Part shown: piece by piece, positions 1-15,250 of the stretch
Layout of the letters: every line of letters starts with the position of its first letter
How positions within the stretch are numbered: the first letter of the stretch is position 1
Source of the DNA: the human T2T-CHM13v2.0 reference genome, Homo sapiens
DNA: 64,000 bases
Assembly (NCBI RefSeq): GCF_009914755.1
Contig: NC_060947.1
Direction: 5' to 3' (one strand)
Notes under the pieces: generated by a model
Database searches by the model: none
Seen by the model: the letters and a program-made list of their open reading frames with translations, nothing else
Told to the model about the DNA's origin: nothing
Translations under genes and position numbers: made by a program

Positions 1-1024
1 GGCCCAAAGCCGCTGACCTCTGTAGAGTGCTCTTCTGTCATTCTGGAGTGATGGCCAGTCTTATTAAATGCACCTATTACCCGCAGAGCGAGCACCAGCA
101 TGAAATGAGTTGTGCTTGATGAGCAAGGAGGACAAGAAGCTTGCTTTTTTAGCATGAATAACATCTGTTCCTTCAAGCATGAATACAGCAGCAAGGGGAG
201 GAGATGACCAGACAAGGCAGAAAAACAAACAGCATGATGTTTGGTCTCCAGGGTAATTACCTTGATATCTGGGTGTTTGTCTTTTGTCCACAGGGCCTTG
301 TGCAGCTTGAGCACACTCTGCCCAAGGGCTGTAGCTATGAGAAAGGCTCTCAGTCCATGAGCTGTTACAGTGAAGGGTCTGTGGGCCCATTTAAAAAATA
401 ATAAAAGGCTAACTGCATTTTCTTTCAAGAAGAGACTTCTGAGAAAAGACTGGAAGGAGAGGTTACTTCAGGTAGTAGACACATTTAAAGGAAAGGCTCT
501 AAATGTGAAATGATGGCTCTTCTAAGATTAAAAGACCACTGCTGTGGTTTTATTCTTAGATCTTAAGTGGCTCTTTAATATTTTGAACGTTCTATCAAAC
601 GCAACCTTCTTTCACCTATTGTCCCAGCCTCCAGTTCATCTCTATTTTATCCTGTCCACCACTCTAGAACTTAAAGTACTATTTTGTTTGTTGGCTATTT
701 GCTTGCTTGTTTGTTTGCTTGGTTATTTATTGGCCTGGTTGCTTGCTTCCTTGAGTGTTTGCATTGAGAATTCTATCAGTATTTTAAAAACCATCATTTG
801 TATGTATCACAATATGTCATAAAATACATTTTTTTTTTTGCTCAACAATGTGCTAATCCTTTTTGCTTTTGCAATCAATTTTATTCTTTCAGCTTGGCAA
901 ATAAAATGTCCTCTATTCATTTGCTCACATCCTCTTCTCTTCAATCCAACCACTTGTTTCCTGATGGGTTCTATTCAAGAACCTCACTTTTATGTTTCTT
1001 GCTGTTTTCTACCCTCAAGAAGTA

Positions 1025-1921
1025 CCACTTATAATTTGGGGGTCGGAGGGGGCAATGAAAACTGAAAATGTGGAAGCCCTTGTTCAAAAAGCAGTAAAAA
1101 GTTTCATTAAGTGTACTAAAATATAAACCTTTGTCTTTCTTCTGCAGTCTCTCTCAACTTCTCATGGTGTTTTAAATCTATTTGATGTTCTTCTGAGTAA
1201 TGCAAAATCAAAAATTTTAATCATTCCCGTATATTTTAACATTCATTTTTATATTGTGCAATGCCAGTTTTAAATGGAAATATAGGAACATTTTACTTGT
1301 TTACAAAATCACAGTTCATATTTCATAGCTCATACATGCATATGTATTTCACAAGTTTTTGTTTAACTTCTTGATATGACCACATGTACCAACACTCCCT
1401 ACCTTCAACTTAATAATGGGTAACGAAAGACTGAAAGGAAAAGAAATTATGGATTACCCTATCTTTTCCCTTTACTTCAATATCATCTTTTTCAGTGTAA
1501 GTGGTTGGCTAATATGGGGAAGTAACAGGAGTAAGAATGGATACGACAGGGTTTCTCAGTTCTACATGTTTCTTAGAATGCCCTTATCCTCTTGCTGCGT
1601 GTCTGAAGCAAGTTCCTGTTGGAATGAAAAATGTGCCCTCTCCAGGATGTCAGCAGTCCCTCACTTTCCTGCTTACTCAGTCATAGAAGTAACACATTTA
1701 TCTTATACTTGATTTATGTCTCACTGAACTCCCCTACATCATGAGACCACTGGAATTCTGTGTTCATAGGAGCATCTCTAATGCTAATATGTGAGCAGGG
1801 CAGCAAGGAGTGGGGGACACACATATTGCACATGTCTCCTCTGCTCATTCATGCTCCCTTGTCCCCTAGGACTTCACTTATAAAACACAAGTTCAAGGAT
1901 AAAATTATTAAGAATGTCAAG
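1025..1921 (-). mobile_element. MER45B-like hAT-Tip100 DNA transposon, left part (interrupted by L1)
   Basis: GACTTCACTTATAAAACACAAGTTCAAGGATAAAATTATTAAGAAT matches the reverse complement of the MER45 consensus as recalled. The element resumes at 8375. Left boundary is approximate. Confidence 0.7.
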
Positions 1922-2927
1922 GGAGGGAGGTTCCAAGATGGCCGAATAGGAACAGCTCCAGTCTACAGCTCCCAGCGTGGACAACGCAGAATACGGGTGA
2001 TTTCTGCATTTCCAACTGAGGTACCAGGTTCATCTCACTGGGGCTTGTCGGACAGTGGGTGCAGCCCATGGAGCAGGTCGGATCATTGCCTCATCTGGGA
2101 AGTGCAAGGGGTAGGGGAATTCCCTTTCCTAGCCAAGGGAAGCTATGACAGACGGTACCAGGAAAATCAGGACACTCCCACCCTAATACTGCACTTTTCC
2201 AATGGTCTTAGCAAATGGCACACCAGGAGATTACATCCCGCACCTGGCTTGGAGGGCCCCAAGCCCACGAAGCCTCACTCACTGCTAGCACAGCGGTCCA
2301 AGATTGAACTGCAAGGTGGCAGCAAGGCTGGGGGAGGGGCATCCGCCATTGCTGAGGCTTAAGTAGGTAAACAAAGCAGCCCGGGAAGCTCAAACTGGGT
2401 GGAGCCCACCACAGCTCAAGGAGGCCTGCCTGCCTCTGTATACTCCACATTCTGGGGACAGGGCATAGCTAAACAAAAGGCAGTAGAAACTTCTGCAGAC
2501 TTAAACGTCCCTGTCTGACAGCTTTGAAGAGAGTAGTGGTTCTCCTAGCATGGACTTTGAGATCTGAGAATGGACAGACTGCCTCCTCAAGTGGGTCCCT
2601 GACACCCAAGTAGCCTAATTGGGAGACATCTCCCAGTAGGGGCTGACTGACACCTCATACAGCCGGGTGCCCCTCTGAGACGAAGCTTCCAGAGGAAGGC
2701 TCAGGCAGCAATATTTGCCATTCTGCAATATTTGCTGTTCTGCAGCCTCCACTGGTGACACCCAGGAAAACAGGGTCTGGAGTGGACCTCCAGCAAACTC
2801 CCAACAGACCTGCAGCTGAGGGTCCTGACTGCTAGAAGGAAAACTAACAAACAGAAAGGACATCCACACCAAAACCCCATCTGTACGTCACCATCATCAA
2901 AGACCAAAGGTAGATAAAACCACAAAG
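1922..2927 (+). promoter_or_regulatory. L1 5'UTR internal promoter (sense and antisense), YY1 site near the 5' end
   Basis: AAGATGGCC YY1 motif at 1935-1943 and an otherwise complete L1PA 5'UTR with many CpGs decayed. Activity cannot be inferred from sequence. Confidence 0.7.
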
Positions 2928-3943
2928 ATGGGGAGAAACCAGAGCAGAAAAGCTGAAAATTCTAAAAATCAGAGCACCTCTTCTCCTCCAAAGGAGTGCA
3001 GCTCCTCGCCAGCAACGGAACAAAGCTGGGCAGAGAGTTATTTTGATGAGTTGAGAGAAGAAGGCTTCAGACGATCGGTAATAACAAACTTCTCCAAGCT
3101 AAAGGAGGATGTTCGAACCCATCACAAAGAAGCTAAAAACCTTGAAAAAAGATGAGACGAATGGCTAACTAGAATAAACAGTGTAGAGAAGCCCTTAAAT
3201 GACCTGATGGAGCTGAAAACCATGGCACAAGAACTACATGATGCATGCACAAGCTTCGATAGCTGATTCGATCAAGTGGAAGAAAGGGTATCAGTGATGG
3301 AAGATCAAATGAATGAAATGAAACGAGAAGGGAAGTTTAGAGAAAAAAGAGTAAAAAGAAATGAACAAAGCTACCAAGAAATATGGGACTATGTGAAAAG
3401 ACCAAATCTACGTCTGATTGGTGTACCTGAAAGTGACGGGGAGAATGGAACCAAGTTGGAAAACACTCTGCAGGATATTATCCAGGAGGATTTCCCCAAC
3501 CGAGCAAGGAAGGCCAACATTCAAATTCAGGAAATACAGAGAACGCCACAAAGATACTCCTCGAGAAGAGCAACTCCGAGACACATAATTGTCAGATTCA
3601 CCAAAGTTGAAATGAAGGAAAAAATGTTAAGGGCAGCCAGAGAGAAAGGTCAGGTTACCCACAAAGGGAAGCCCGTCAGACTAACAGCGGATCTCTCAGC
3701 AGAAACTCCACAAGCCAGAAGAGAGTGCGGGCCAATATTCAACATTCTTAAACAAAAGAATTTTCAACCCAGAATTTCATCTGCAGCCAAACTAAGTGAA
3801 GGAGAAATAAAATCCTTTACAGACAAACAAATGCTGAGAGATTTTGTCACCACCAGGCCTGACTTACAAGGGCTCCTGAAGGAAGCACTAAACATGGAAA
3901 GAACAACCGGTACCAGCCACTGCAAAAACATGCCAAATTGTAA
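2928..3943 (+). pseudogene. L1 ORF1p (RNA-binding chaperone), disrupted
   Basis: ORF fragments 2928-3155 and 3276-3959 translate to ORF1p (EIWDYVKRPNLRLIGVPE, RATPRHIIVRF). Premature TGA at 3153-3155, a further stop near 3264, and a frameshift near 3900. Confidence 0.95.
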
Positions 3944-4006
3944 AGACCATCGAGGCTAGGAAGAAACTGCATCAACTAACGAGCAAAATAACCAGCTAAC
4001 ATCATA

Positions 4007-8157
<4,151 letters not shown>

Positions 8158-8374
8158 ACAATAACAACACTTGGACAAAGCATAGGGAGCATCACACACC
8201 GGGGCCTGTCGTGGGGTGGGGGAAGGGGGAAGGGATAGCATTAGGAGATATACCTAATGTAAATGACGAGTTGATGGGTGCAGCACACCAACATGGCACA
8301 TGTGTACATATGTAAAAAACCTGCACGTTGTACACATGTACACTAGAACTTAAAGTATAATAAAATAAATAAAT

Positions 8375-8482
8375 AAGAATTTCAAGTTGGTGATAACAGA
8401 GCATTAAACCAAAGGTAAGGCCCTTCTGAGTTTGGGGCCTTGTGTGACTGTACAGGTTGCATGCCCATGAAATCAGACCTGC
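8375..8482 (-). mobile_element. MER45B-like element, right part
   Basis: AAGAATTTCAAG...CAGAGCATTAAACC...GGCCCTTCTGAG...CATGCCCATGAA continues the MER45 reverse complement through to its terminus. Confidence 0.7.
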
Positions 8483-8671
8483 CCTTAAGTCCATGATGAT
8501 GTCTTCACATCAGAGTGCCCAGTTTAGGTCATCAAAGAAAATTTTTTTTCTCTTCAGTGAAGGGAAGGCAGTTGAGATCAATGACAGGGTAACGTTAGTG
8601 AGGGCAGGAACCACACATCACCTTACACTTTATCTATTTGTTGAATAGACAAAAAAGTGACTACAGTTGGA

Positions 8672-8800
8672 CAGAAAGAAAATGACAGAAAGAAAAGAAA
8701 AGAAAACAGAAGAAAAGAAAAAAAAGAAAACAGAAGAGAAGGCAAGAAAAGAAGAAAAGAAAAGAAAAAAGAAAAAAAGAAAAAGAAAAAAAGAAAAGAG
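8672..8800. repeat. GA-rich low-complexity tract, (GAAAA)n-like
   Basis: Almost pure purine run, read directly. Confidence 0.9.
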
Positions 8801-8817
8801 CTACCGTAACTTTTTTG

Positions 8818-9052
8818 GAGTGAAGTGATTAAGAGCACCAATTCTAGAGCCAGGCTGCCTGGGTTCCCATCTTCGTTCTATCAAATACTAGTTGTGCCAC
8901 CTTGGGTAAGTTACATAACTTCTCTTGGCCTCAGTTTACTTATTTGTGAAATGGGGATGGTGAGAATAGTATGTGCCTCGTAGGGTGAGTATCGAATGAG
9001 TCAATGCATGTGAAGTGTTTAGAAGAGTGCCTGGCACATATTAAGCATTATG
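8818..9052 (+). mobile_element. MIR SINE
   Basis: GCCAGGCTGCCTGGGTTC, core CTTGGGTAAGTTACATAACTTCTCTTGGCCTCAGTTT and tail AGTGCCTGGCACATA. Confidence 0.88.
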
Positions 9053-10275
9053 GAAGCAAGTGACAAGTCATATTCTTTCCAGAAGTTTCTTATTTACTTC
9101 TCACAAGGCTAAGAGCCATGCATTTGTATATCCGTTTAACATATGAGGAAAATAAGGCTCAGGTAAATGATATGATGATGTAATTTGCTAAGTTTACAGA
9201 GCTAGTAAAATACGAGAATTTTAACTTGGACTATATCCTGAACTTACATGTCAACACCATCTCCTGGTATAACCTTACGGTATTCCTCTTGTTTCCCAAA
9301 ATAAACTTATTTTTCATATACTATACAGTGTCTATAGCATGCCTCAATTTATATACTGGTAGGTTTCTGAAAAAAGTGACAAATAAATTTGTACTACTCT
9401 AGCCGTTTAAAATATAAAGTAAACTACTTTTATGGAATCAAATGGTTAATGCTTTTGTGGGTTAAATGATAACCTCACTAAATTTTTGAGTTGTAATTTT
9501 TTATTAGCATTTCTTCGAAATGGATATCACTCCTATTAGTATGTTGTTGGAGATAGCTGACGTTTTTCTGTTAATGTCTCGGAATTTCTTTGATTCTCAA
9601 AAGAAACACCGTGAGATAAACCAAGGACTCCCGTAAATCACCAAGAGACAACCTAGTAAAATAGAACCCTTTTATTGAGAAAGAACATAAGTTTAGGGAT
9701 AATAGGACGCGGTATTTGGGATCAAACAGCATTAGATATCTGGCTGCCCATCTCCTCAGCCTGACGAAAATGTGATATCTTGCCAGAATCATAATCTCCC
9801 AAAGATGGGATCAGCTGTATATTATCATTAATAAGCTAATTATTTTATGGAGGCAAACATGAAAATATTTTTAAGGTATTTCATAAATTCAATCCCAGTC
9901 TTGATGTCTGATTTCTATTTTCCCAAAAGTGCTCTTTATCTGGGTACTTCCCTTCCATAGAGGTGTTGGTCTCAAGGTCTAACCTGATAATTGAAGAGCA
10001 ACTTACTGACATTATAGAGTATTAAGTGAAAAAAAGCAAGATGGCAAACAACATATCCAGTGTGATCTAATTTTGGTAAAATAGGAGCTATAGATATAGA
10101 TAGAAGCTATTCTAGAAGAATATGTAATAAAAGGCTAATAGTGACATAATCGAAGTTGTAGAAATAAAATGCCTTTGTTTTCTTATTTTTTGTGTTCTCA
10201 AATTTTCTAAAATGCATATATACTGCTTTTGTAATGAGCAGTCCTAGCTCAAAACTTACAAGGAAGTGTTTTTGT

Positions 10276-10303
<28 letters not shown>
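10276..10303. repeat. (AC)14 microsatellite
   Basis: Direct read. Confidence 0.95.
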
Positions 10304-10307
<4 letters not shown>

Positions 10308-10317
10308 TTCATTTATC

Positions 10318-10565
10318 TGTGACAGAATAGGCAAATGCATAGAGACAGAAAGTAGATTAGTGATTGCCAGGGGCTGGAGGAATAGCAAATGGGGAGTGAG
10401 TGCTAATGGGTACAAGGGTTTCTTTTGGGGGTGATGAAAATGTTTTAAAATTAGCTTGTGGCAATGATTGCACAACTCCAAATACGCTAAAAAAAACACT
10501 TAATTATCTACTTTAAATGGGTGAATCATATGGTATATGAAATATATCTCAATAAAGCTGTAAAA
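10318..10565 (+). mobile_element. L1MB-type 3' end
   Basis: ATAGAGACAGAAAGTAGATTAGTGATTGCCAGGGGCTGG...GGTGATGAAAATGTT...CTCAATAAAGCTG. Confidence 0.85.
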
Positions 10566-10804
10566 GTATCTATGACATGTTTTTCTTAATGACAGATCAA
10601 CTCTCCTTCAAATCAACATGCTTCTTGTTCAATCCCAAGCTGCTAGGAACTTGAAGAATACACACTGGGGTTGGCCGAATGGTCTTTATGAGCTCTTCTG
10701 TTTCCAAAATTCCTAATATTAGTCTAAAATAAAAATTGCTTCTCAGAAAATCAAAGGATATTTTCCAAAATAAACAGATATTTGTAGATTGTCTAGTGTC
10801 GCCT

Positions 10805-10965
10805 CATAGAAAGAGTAAAGATAACTCAGGAGTTCTGAGTTCCTCTACTGACTGCTACTCCCAATCTGGGTGACCTTTGGCAAGTCATTCCACCTCCTGG
10901 GCTTTGTTTTTCTATATGTAAAATGGACAGATTGGACCACATGACTGCCCGGGTTTCTTTCAATT
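10805..10965 (+). mobile_element. MIR fragment
   Basis: GTGACCTTTGGCAAGTCATTCCACCTCCTGGGCTTTGTTTTCTATATGTAAAATGG resembles the MIR core. Confidence 0.7.
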
Positions 10966-11177
10966 TGAGTTTTGTGATTTTATATGGTCAGGTGTTTGAC
11001 GATTTTTGGAAATTAGATTAACTTTCTAAAACATCACTACTGAGTTCTTTCTAAATAAAATATTTTTGAAAAGTTTAATCCTTATTTTCCAGTGTTAAAT
11101 GACCTCACATACACCCCAGTAAGTAAGCAAAATGGCTAAAACATGATTCAATCCAAATATTGAGGCTGGGAATAGTG

Positions 11178-11190
11178 AAAAAAAAAAAAA

Positions 11191-11222
<32 letters not shown>
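11178..11222. repeat. A15-(GT)15 compound microsatellite
   Basis: Direct read. Confidence 0.95.
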
Positions 11223-11224
<2 letters not shown>

Positions 11225-12284
11225 CTTGGTTTCAAGCATGAATGCTCTGGCACCTCTCCAGAAAACATCCATCTGCTTTTTACCTAATGGCAAGGACTTC
11301 CAAACCAAGCTGCAATTTTTATGCCTTTCCTCCAAAAAAAACAGGAAGCAGCAGCCAGCTCAGCGGTGCTAACCTCCAATGGCCAGTACTGTTGTTTGTG
11401 ATCACGGGCAGCTGAAAGCCAAGGCTGCAGAAGCTGCAGGAGATGTCAGTTCTGACACGTGGGTCCCCGTGGTGCCCAGAGCCTGCACTGGCTGACGCAA
11501 GCCTTGCAGGTGCACTTGGTTAGGAAGGCAGAACCTGGACTCTCAGAAGCAGTCCATGTTTTCAAGCCCCCTCCAGGGACCCCGAGGCGGAGGGGCTGAG
11601 ACAAGGATAGAGATGGAAACTCTGTAGAAAACCAGGGGTAAACAAGAAGACTTTTCTGACATTTTTGCTTGAGGGCTCAATATTTTGAATAGCTTCAACA
11701 TTTCCGAAATAAGATTTCTATGTTCTCATGCCAGGGCTTTTAAATGTTTCAAGCAAAAGTGAATGGATTATGAGATTGAGTTCATGATGATTAGAGGGTT
11801 AAGGGAGCACTGTCAAAGAATGGAAAGCTAACACTAAAACAAGCCAAACTATAATTGTAGGACATTTGATTCTTTTCTTTGTGATCTCTCCATCTCCCGT
11901 TGTTGGTACTTCTAATTAAAGCTATTTCCAATAAAAATAAAAGAGGTCACGCTTGCTCATGTTGCTCCCTCTTCAGTACTCTACTTGGTTTGTGACTTTA
12001 ACATAGTCTAGTAAATTCTAATTACTGTCCCTTTTCCCTCCCGTAACAAGCTCTCCTTTTTTGAAAATAATTCGTGATGGCAGGAGCTCTGGTAGGGTGT
12101 TGGCTAGGCTGCTGAATTCAATATCTAGGCCTGCTAGAGCAAGGCACAAAGCATTCAGGGATATGGAGCTGCAGACAAGAAAATTTAAATATTTTGAGGT
12201 TTTTAAAAATAGAATAGAGATAGTTACTATATTAAAGTTCAAAGGCCGATCTCTGTAATGGTCCCAATTGGTTGAAATTATTTT

Positions 12285-13516
12285 ACTTCTTTCTTTAATT
12301 GTATACATTTAAGGTATACACCATGATGTACTGAAGTACATATAATAGTGAAGAGGTTTCTACAGTCAAGGAAATTAATATATCCATCATCTCACATAGG
12401 TACCTTTCTTTTTCTTTTTGTGGTAAAAGTACCTGAAATCTGCTATCTTAGCAAATTTTCTGTATACAATACAATATTATTAACGATAGACTTTTAGACT
12501 TATTCATCCTCCATAACGATAACTTTGTACCCCTTGACCCACATTTCTCCATTTTTTCCATCCCACCGCCACCCTCATCCCTGCATCTGGTAATCATTGT
12601 CCTACTCTCCGTTTCTATGTATTTGATTTTTTTTTTTTTTTTTCAGAATCATGACATCATGCAGTATTTTTACTTTTGTGTCTGGCTTACTTCATGTAGC
12701 ATAATGTCCCCTAGGTTCATCCATGCTGTCAAAAATGGTAGGACCTCCATTTTTAAGCTAAATAGTATTCTATGCCACAAATCCTTTATCCATTCATTCG
12801 TGGATGGACACTTAAGTTGCTTCCATATCTTGGCTATTGTGAATAATGCTGCAATAAACATAGGAATGCATATTTTTATAGGATGGTGATTTCGTTTCCT
12901 TTGGGTACAAACACAGGAGAGGGATTACTGGGTTATGTGGTAGTTCTATTTTCAATTTCTTTAGGAACCTCCAGTACTGTTTTCCACAGTGGCTGTACCA
13001 ATCTACATTCCCATTAACAGTGGACAAGGGTTCCCTTTTCTCCATACCTTCGACCACAATGGTTATCTTTTGTCCTTGGGATAAATGCCATCCAAATGGA
13101 TGTGAGGTGATATTTCACTGTGGTTTTGATTTGCAATTAGCAAATGTTGAGCACCTGATTAGCCATGTTGAGCAGCTTTTCATATACCTGTTGGCCATTT
13201 TTATGTCTTCTTCGTTTTTTGTTATTTATTTTTTTTTATTGGATAAATATTTATTCAGGTCATTTGCCCATTTTTAAATTGGATTATCTGGTTTTGTTTT
13301 TGTTTTTTGTTGTTGAATTCTATGAGTTTCTTATATATTTTGAATATTAACATCTTGTCAGATACATGGTTCTCAAATATTTTTCTCCCAGTCTGTACAC
13401 TGTTTTTTTGTTTGTTTGTGTTATTGATTGTTTCCTTTGCTGTGCAGAAACTTTTTAGTTTGATGTAGTCCCACTTGTTTATTTTTGCTTTTGTTGCCTG
13501 TGCTTTTGGTGTCCTA
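12285..13516 (-). mobile_element. L1MA9-like 3' portion
   Basis: Minus-strand ORFs give ORF2 C-terminal peptides ([40 protein letters not shown]). L1MA-type 3'UTR at the left end. Confidence 0.88.
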
Positions 13517-13869
13517 TGCTTACTTCTTTTAAAAAGGGAGAGAATAAGTTCAAACTTTACTGAATCATCCTTTCTTTTGGTCAAATGTACATATAAACTT
13601 CTCACTTTGCTTCTGTGTGCCTACTGCTAGTTGTATAGAACGGAAACATAGTTCAGAAGAATATCACAGAGTAACGTTCGTGGGCTCAAAGAATCGGCAG
13701 GCAGATTTCTGGTTAAAGAGGTAGTAATGTCTTATAGAAAAATACCGAAATTATTTCTTTGGCTGATTAGCTGTATATTTTGACACCCTGGTGGTCACTG
13801 TGTTTAGAGAACTACTCTTACTAGTTCTACAAAAAGAGATAAAGATGGAAAGTACCATTTGGAATATAC

Positions 13870-14236
13870 TGTATTATTGTTCACAGCTATTCAGAGACCC
13901 TACCTATACCATCAACTATCTGTTGAACTCGGGCATGACCGGATAAGTTCCTTTGACCAGTAAAATATGAGCAGAAGTGACATGTATCACTTAGCGACAG
14001 AACTTTAAGAGTCAGGACATAATTCTCCAGTTTCTTTTATGCCTCCTTCTAGGATTACGGAAGCAAGTATCTGGAATTATCAGCCTGGATCAGTGAGAAA
14101 ACATGAGCAGAGCCCCAGTGCTGATCTGCAATAGACATGAAATGTGAGTGAGAAATAAACATTGTTCTATTAAGCTGCTGCTATTTGGGAGTTGTCTTGT
14201 TACAAAACCATAACCTATTTTTTTATGACCAATACA
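13870..14236 (+). mobile_element. MLT1-type (ERVL-MaLR) solo LTR
   Basis: TGAGCAGAAGTGACATGT and TGTGAGTGAGAAATAAAC...TTGTTAC...ATAACCTA...GACCAATACA, the typical MLT1H/I/J 3' end. Confidence 0.75.
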
Positions 14237-15084
14237 TTAACCTTGCCCTTGAAATTTTTAACTACTATAGTAGGTAGGACAAATACACATATCTGTGCTT
14301 ATATAAATGATACATACAAATTCAAATCCCACCTAGTACAGAAATATAGATGGAACTGTTGAAAGAGGAAGGATAAGAAGGAAACATGTATCAGGGAAGA
14401 AAAACCTCTAGATGACCTAGACTCAGGTGAAGTTACTTTAGAAAGTTCTGTAAATGAACTTTGAAGAAACTTCTGGAGAAGAAAAGCTAAGTGAATCATG
14501 GGAGAGGCTCCTCCAAGGAGGTGTTATTTTGTGGAAGCACATAGACATAACAACAGTAAGAATGTCAGGAACTTACTCACCAGGTCATTCCCATCCCTCC
14601 CTCCCCCACCCCTTCAGATCTAAGGATTCTTTCTGTTCCACTCAGTAGTGGTCATGTCTTCTCAATTTACATACTGTTCAATTTTAACCAGATTGCTGTC
14701 TTAGAAAAAAGTAAAACTTTTGTATACTTAAGGAGAGGTGTTCATTCAATTAGCAAAATTGTGCATCTCTAGGCATAATCCAAAGTACGGAATGAAATAT
14801 CTAAAGATGATGCTCATCAGCAAAGAAAACAGGCAAGAATGCTGATCTACTTGACGGCTTCACTTTGGGGGTTGGCTTTTGCACTCTAATGCTGGAAGTT
14901 TCTCAGCCCATGTTGCTCTATCACGTTTCCTCATCTATATTCCAGAAACTTTCATTTTACTCTATTATATCATTCAGCCCTACTTTATTTTCTCACTTTT
15001 AAATTCACAATTAAAATGAAAAGCAAAGGCATGTGTATTTGCCAGTTTCTCTGCGGTTCTTAGAGCCCTAATTATGATATGAAA

Positions 15085-15250
15085 ACATGATTTCCAACTT
15101 TGCAGATGATGCTAAATTGAGAGAGAATAAAAACAAATGACGAATAATTAGGTGGTGCAGCCAGATATAAAAGGATTTACATCATTTATGTTTCTGGACT
15201 AATAGATGGCAAATGCAGGGCTGCACAGATAAATGGAAGATAATTAGCCC
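15085..15250 (+). mobile_element. CR1/L3-clade LINE reverse-transcriptase relic
   Basis: Translation from 15093 gives SNFADDAKL...I*KDLHHLCFWTNRWQMQGCTDKWKII, matching the CR1 RT pattern FADDTKL...QxDLxxLxxWxxxWQMxFNxxKCK. Confidence 0.75.

Noticed and set aside
274-405. Plus-strand acceptor (TCTTTTGTCCACAG|) followed by a short frame and AATAAA
   Set aside because: No recognisable product, and upstream context lies outside the window.
1760-2362. 200-aa ORF spanning the MER45/L1 junction
   Set aside because: GTG start and chance openness across GC-rich L1 5'UTR; no recognisable protein.
8205-8235. G-quadruplex-forming G-tracts
   Set aside because: This is the standard L1PA 3'UTR polypurine tract and is not locus-specific.
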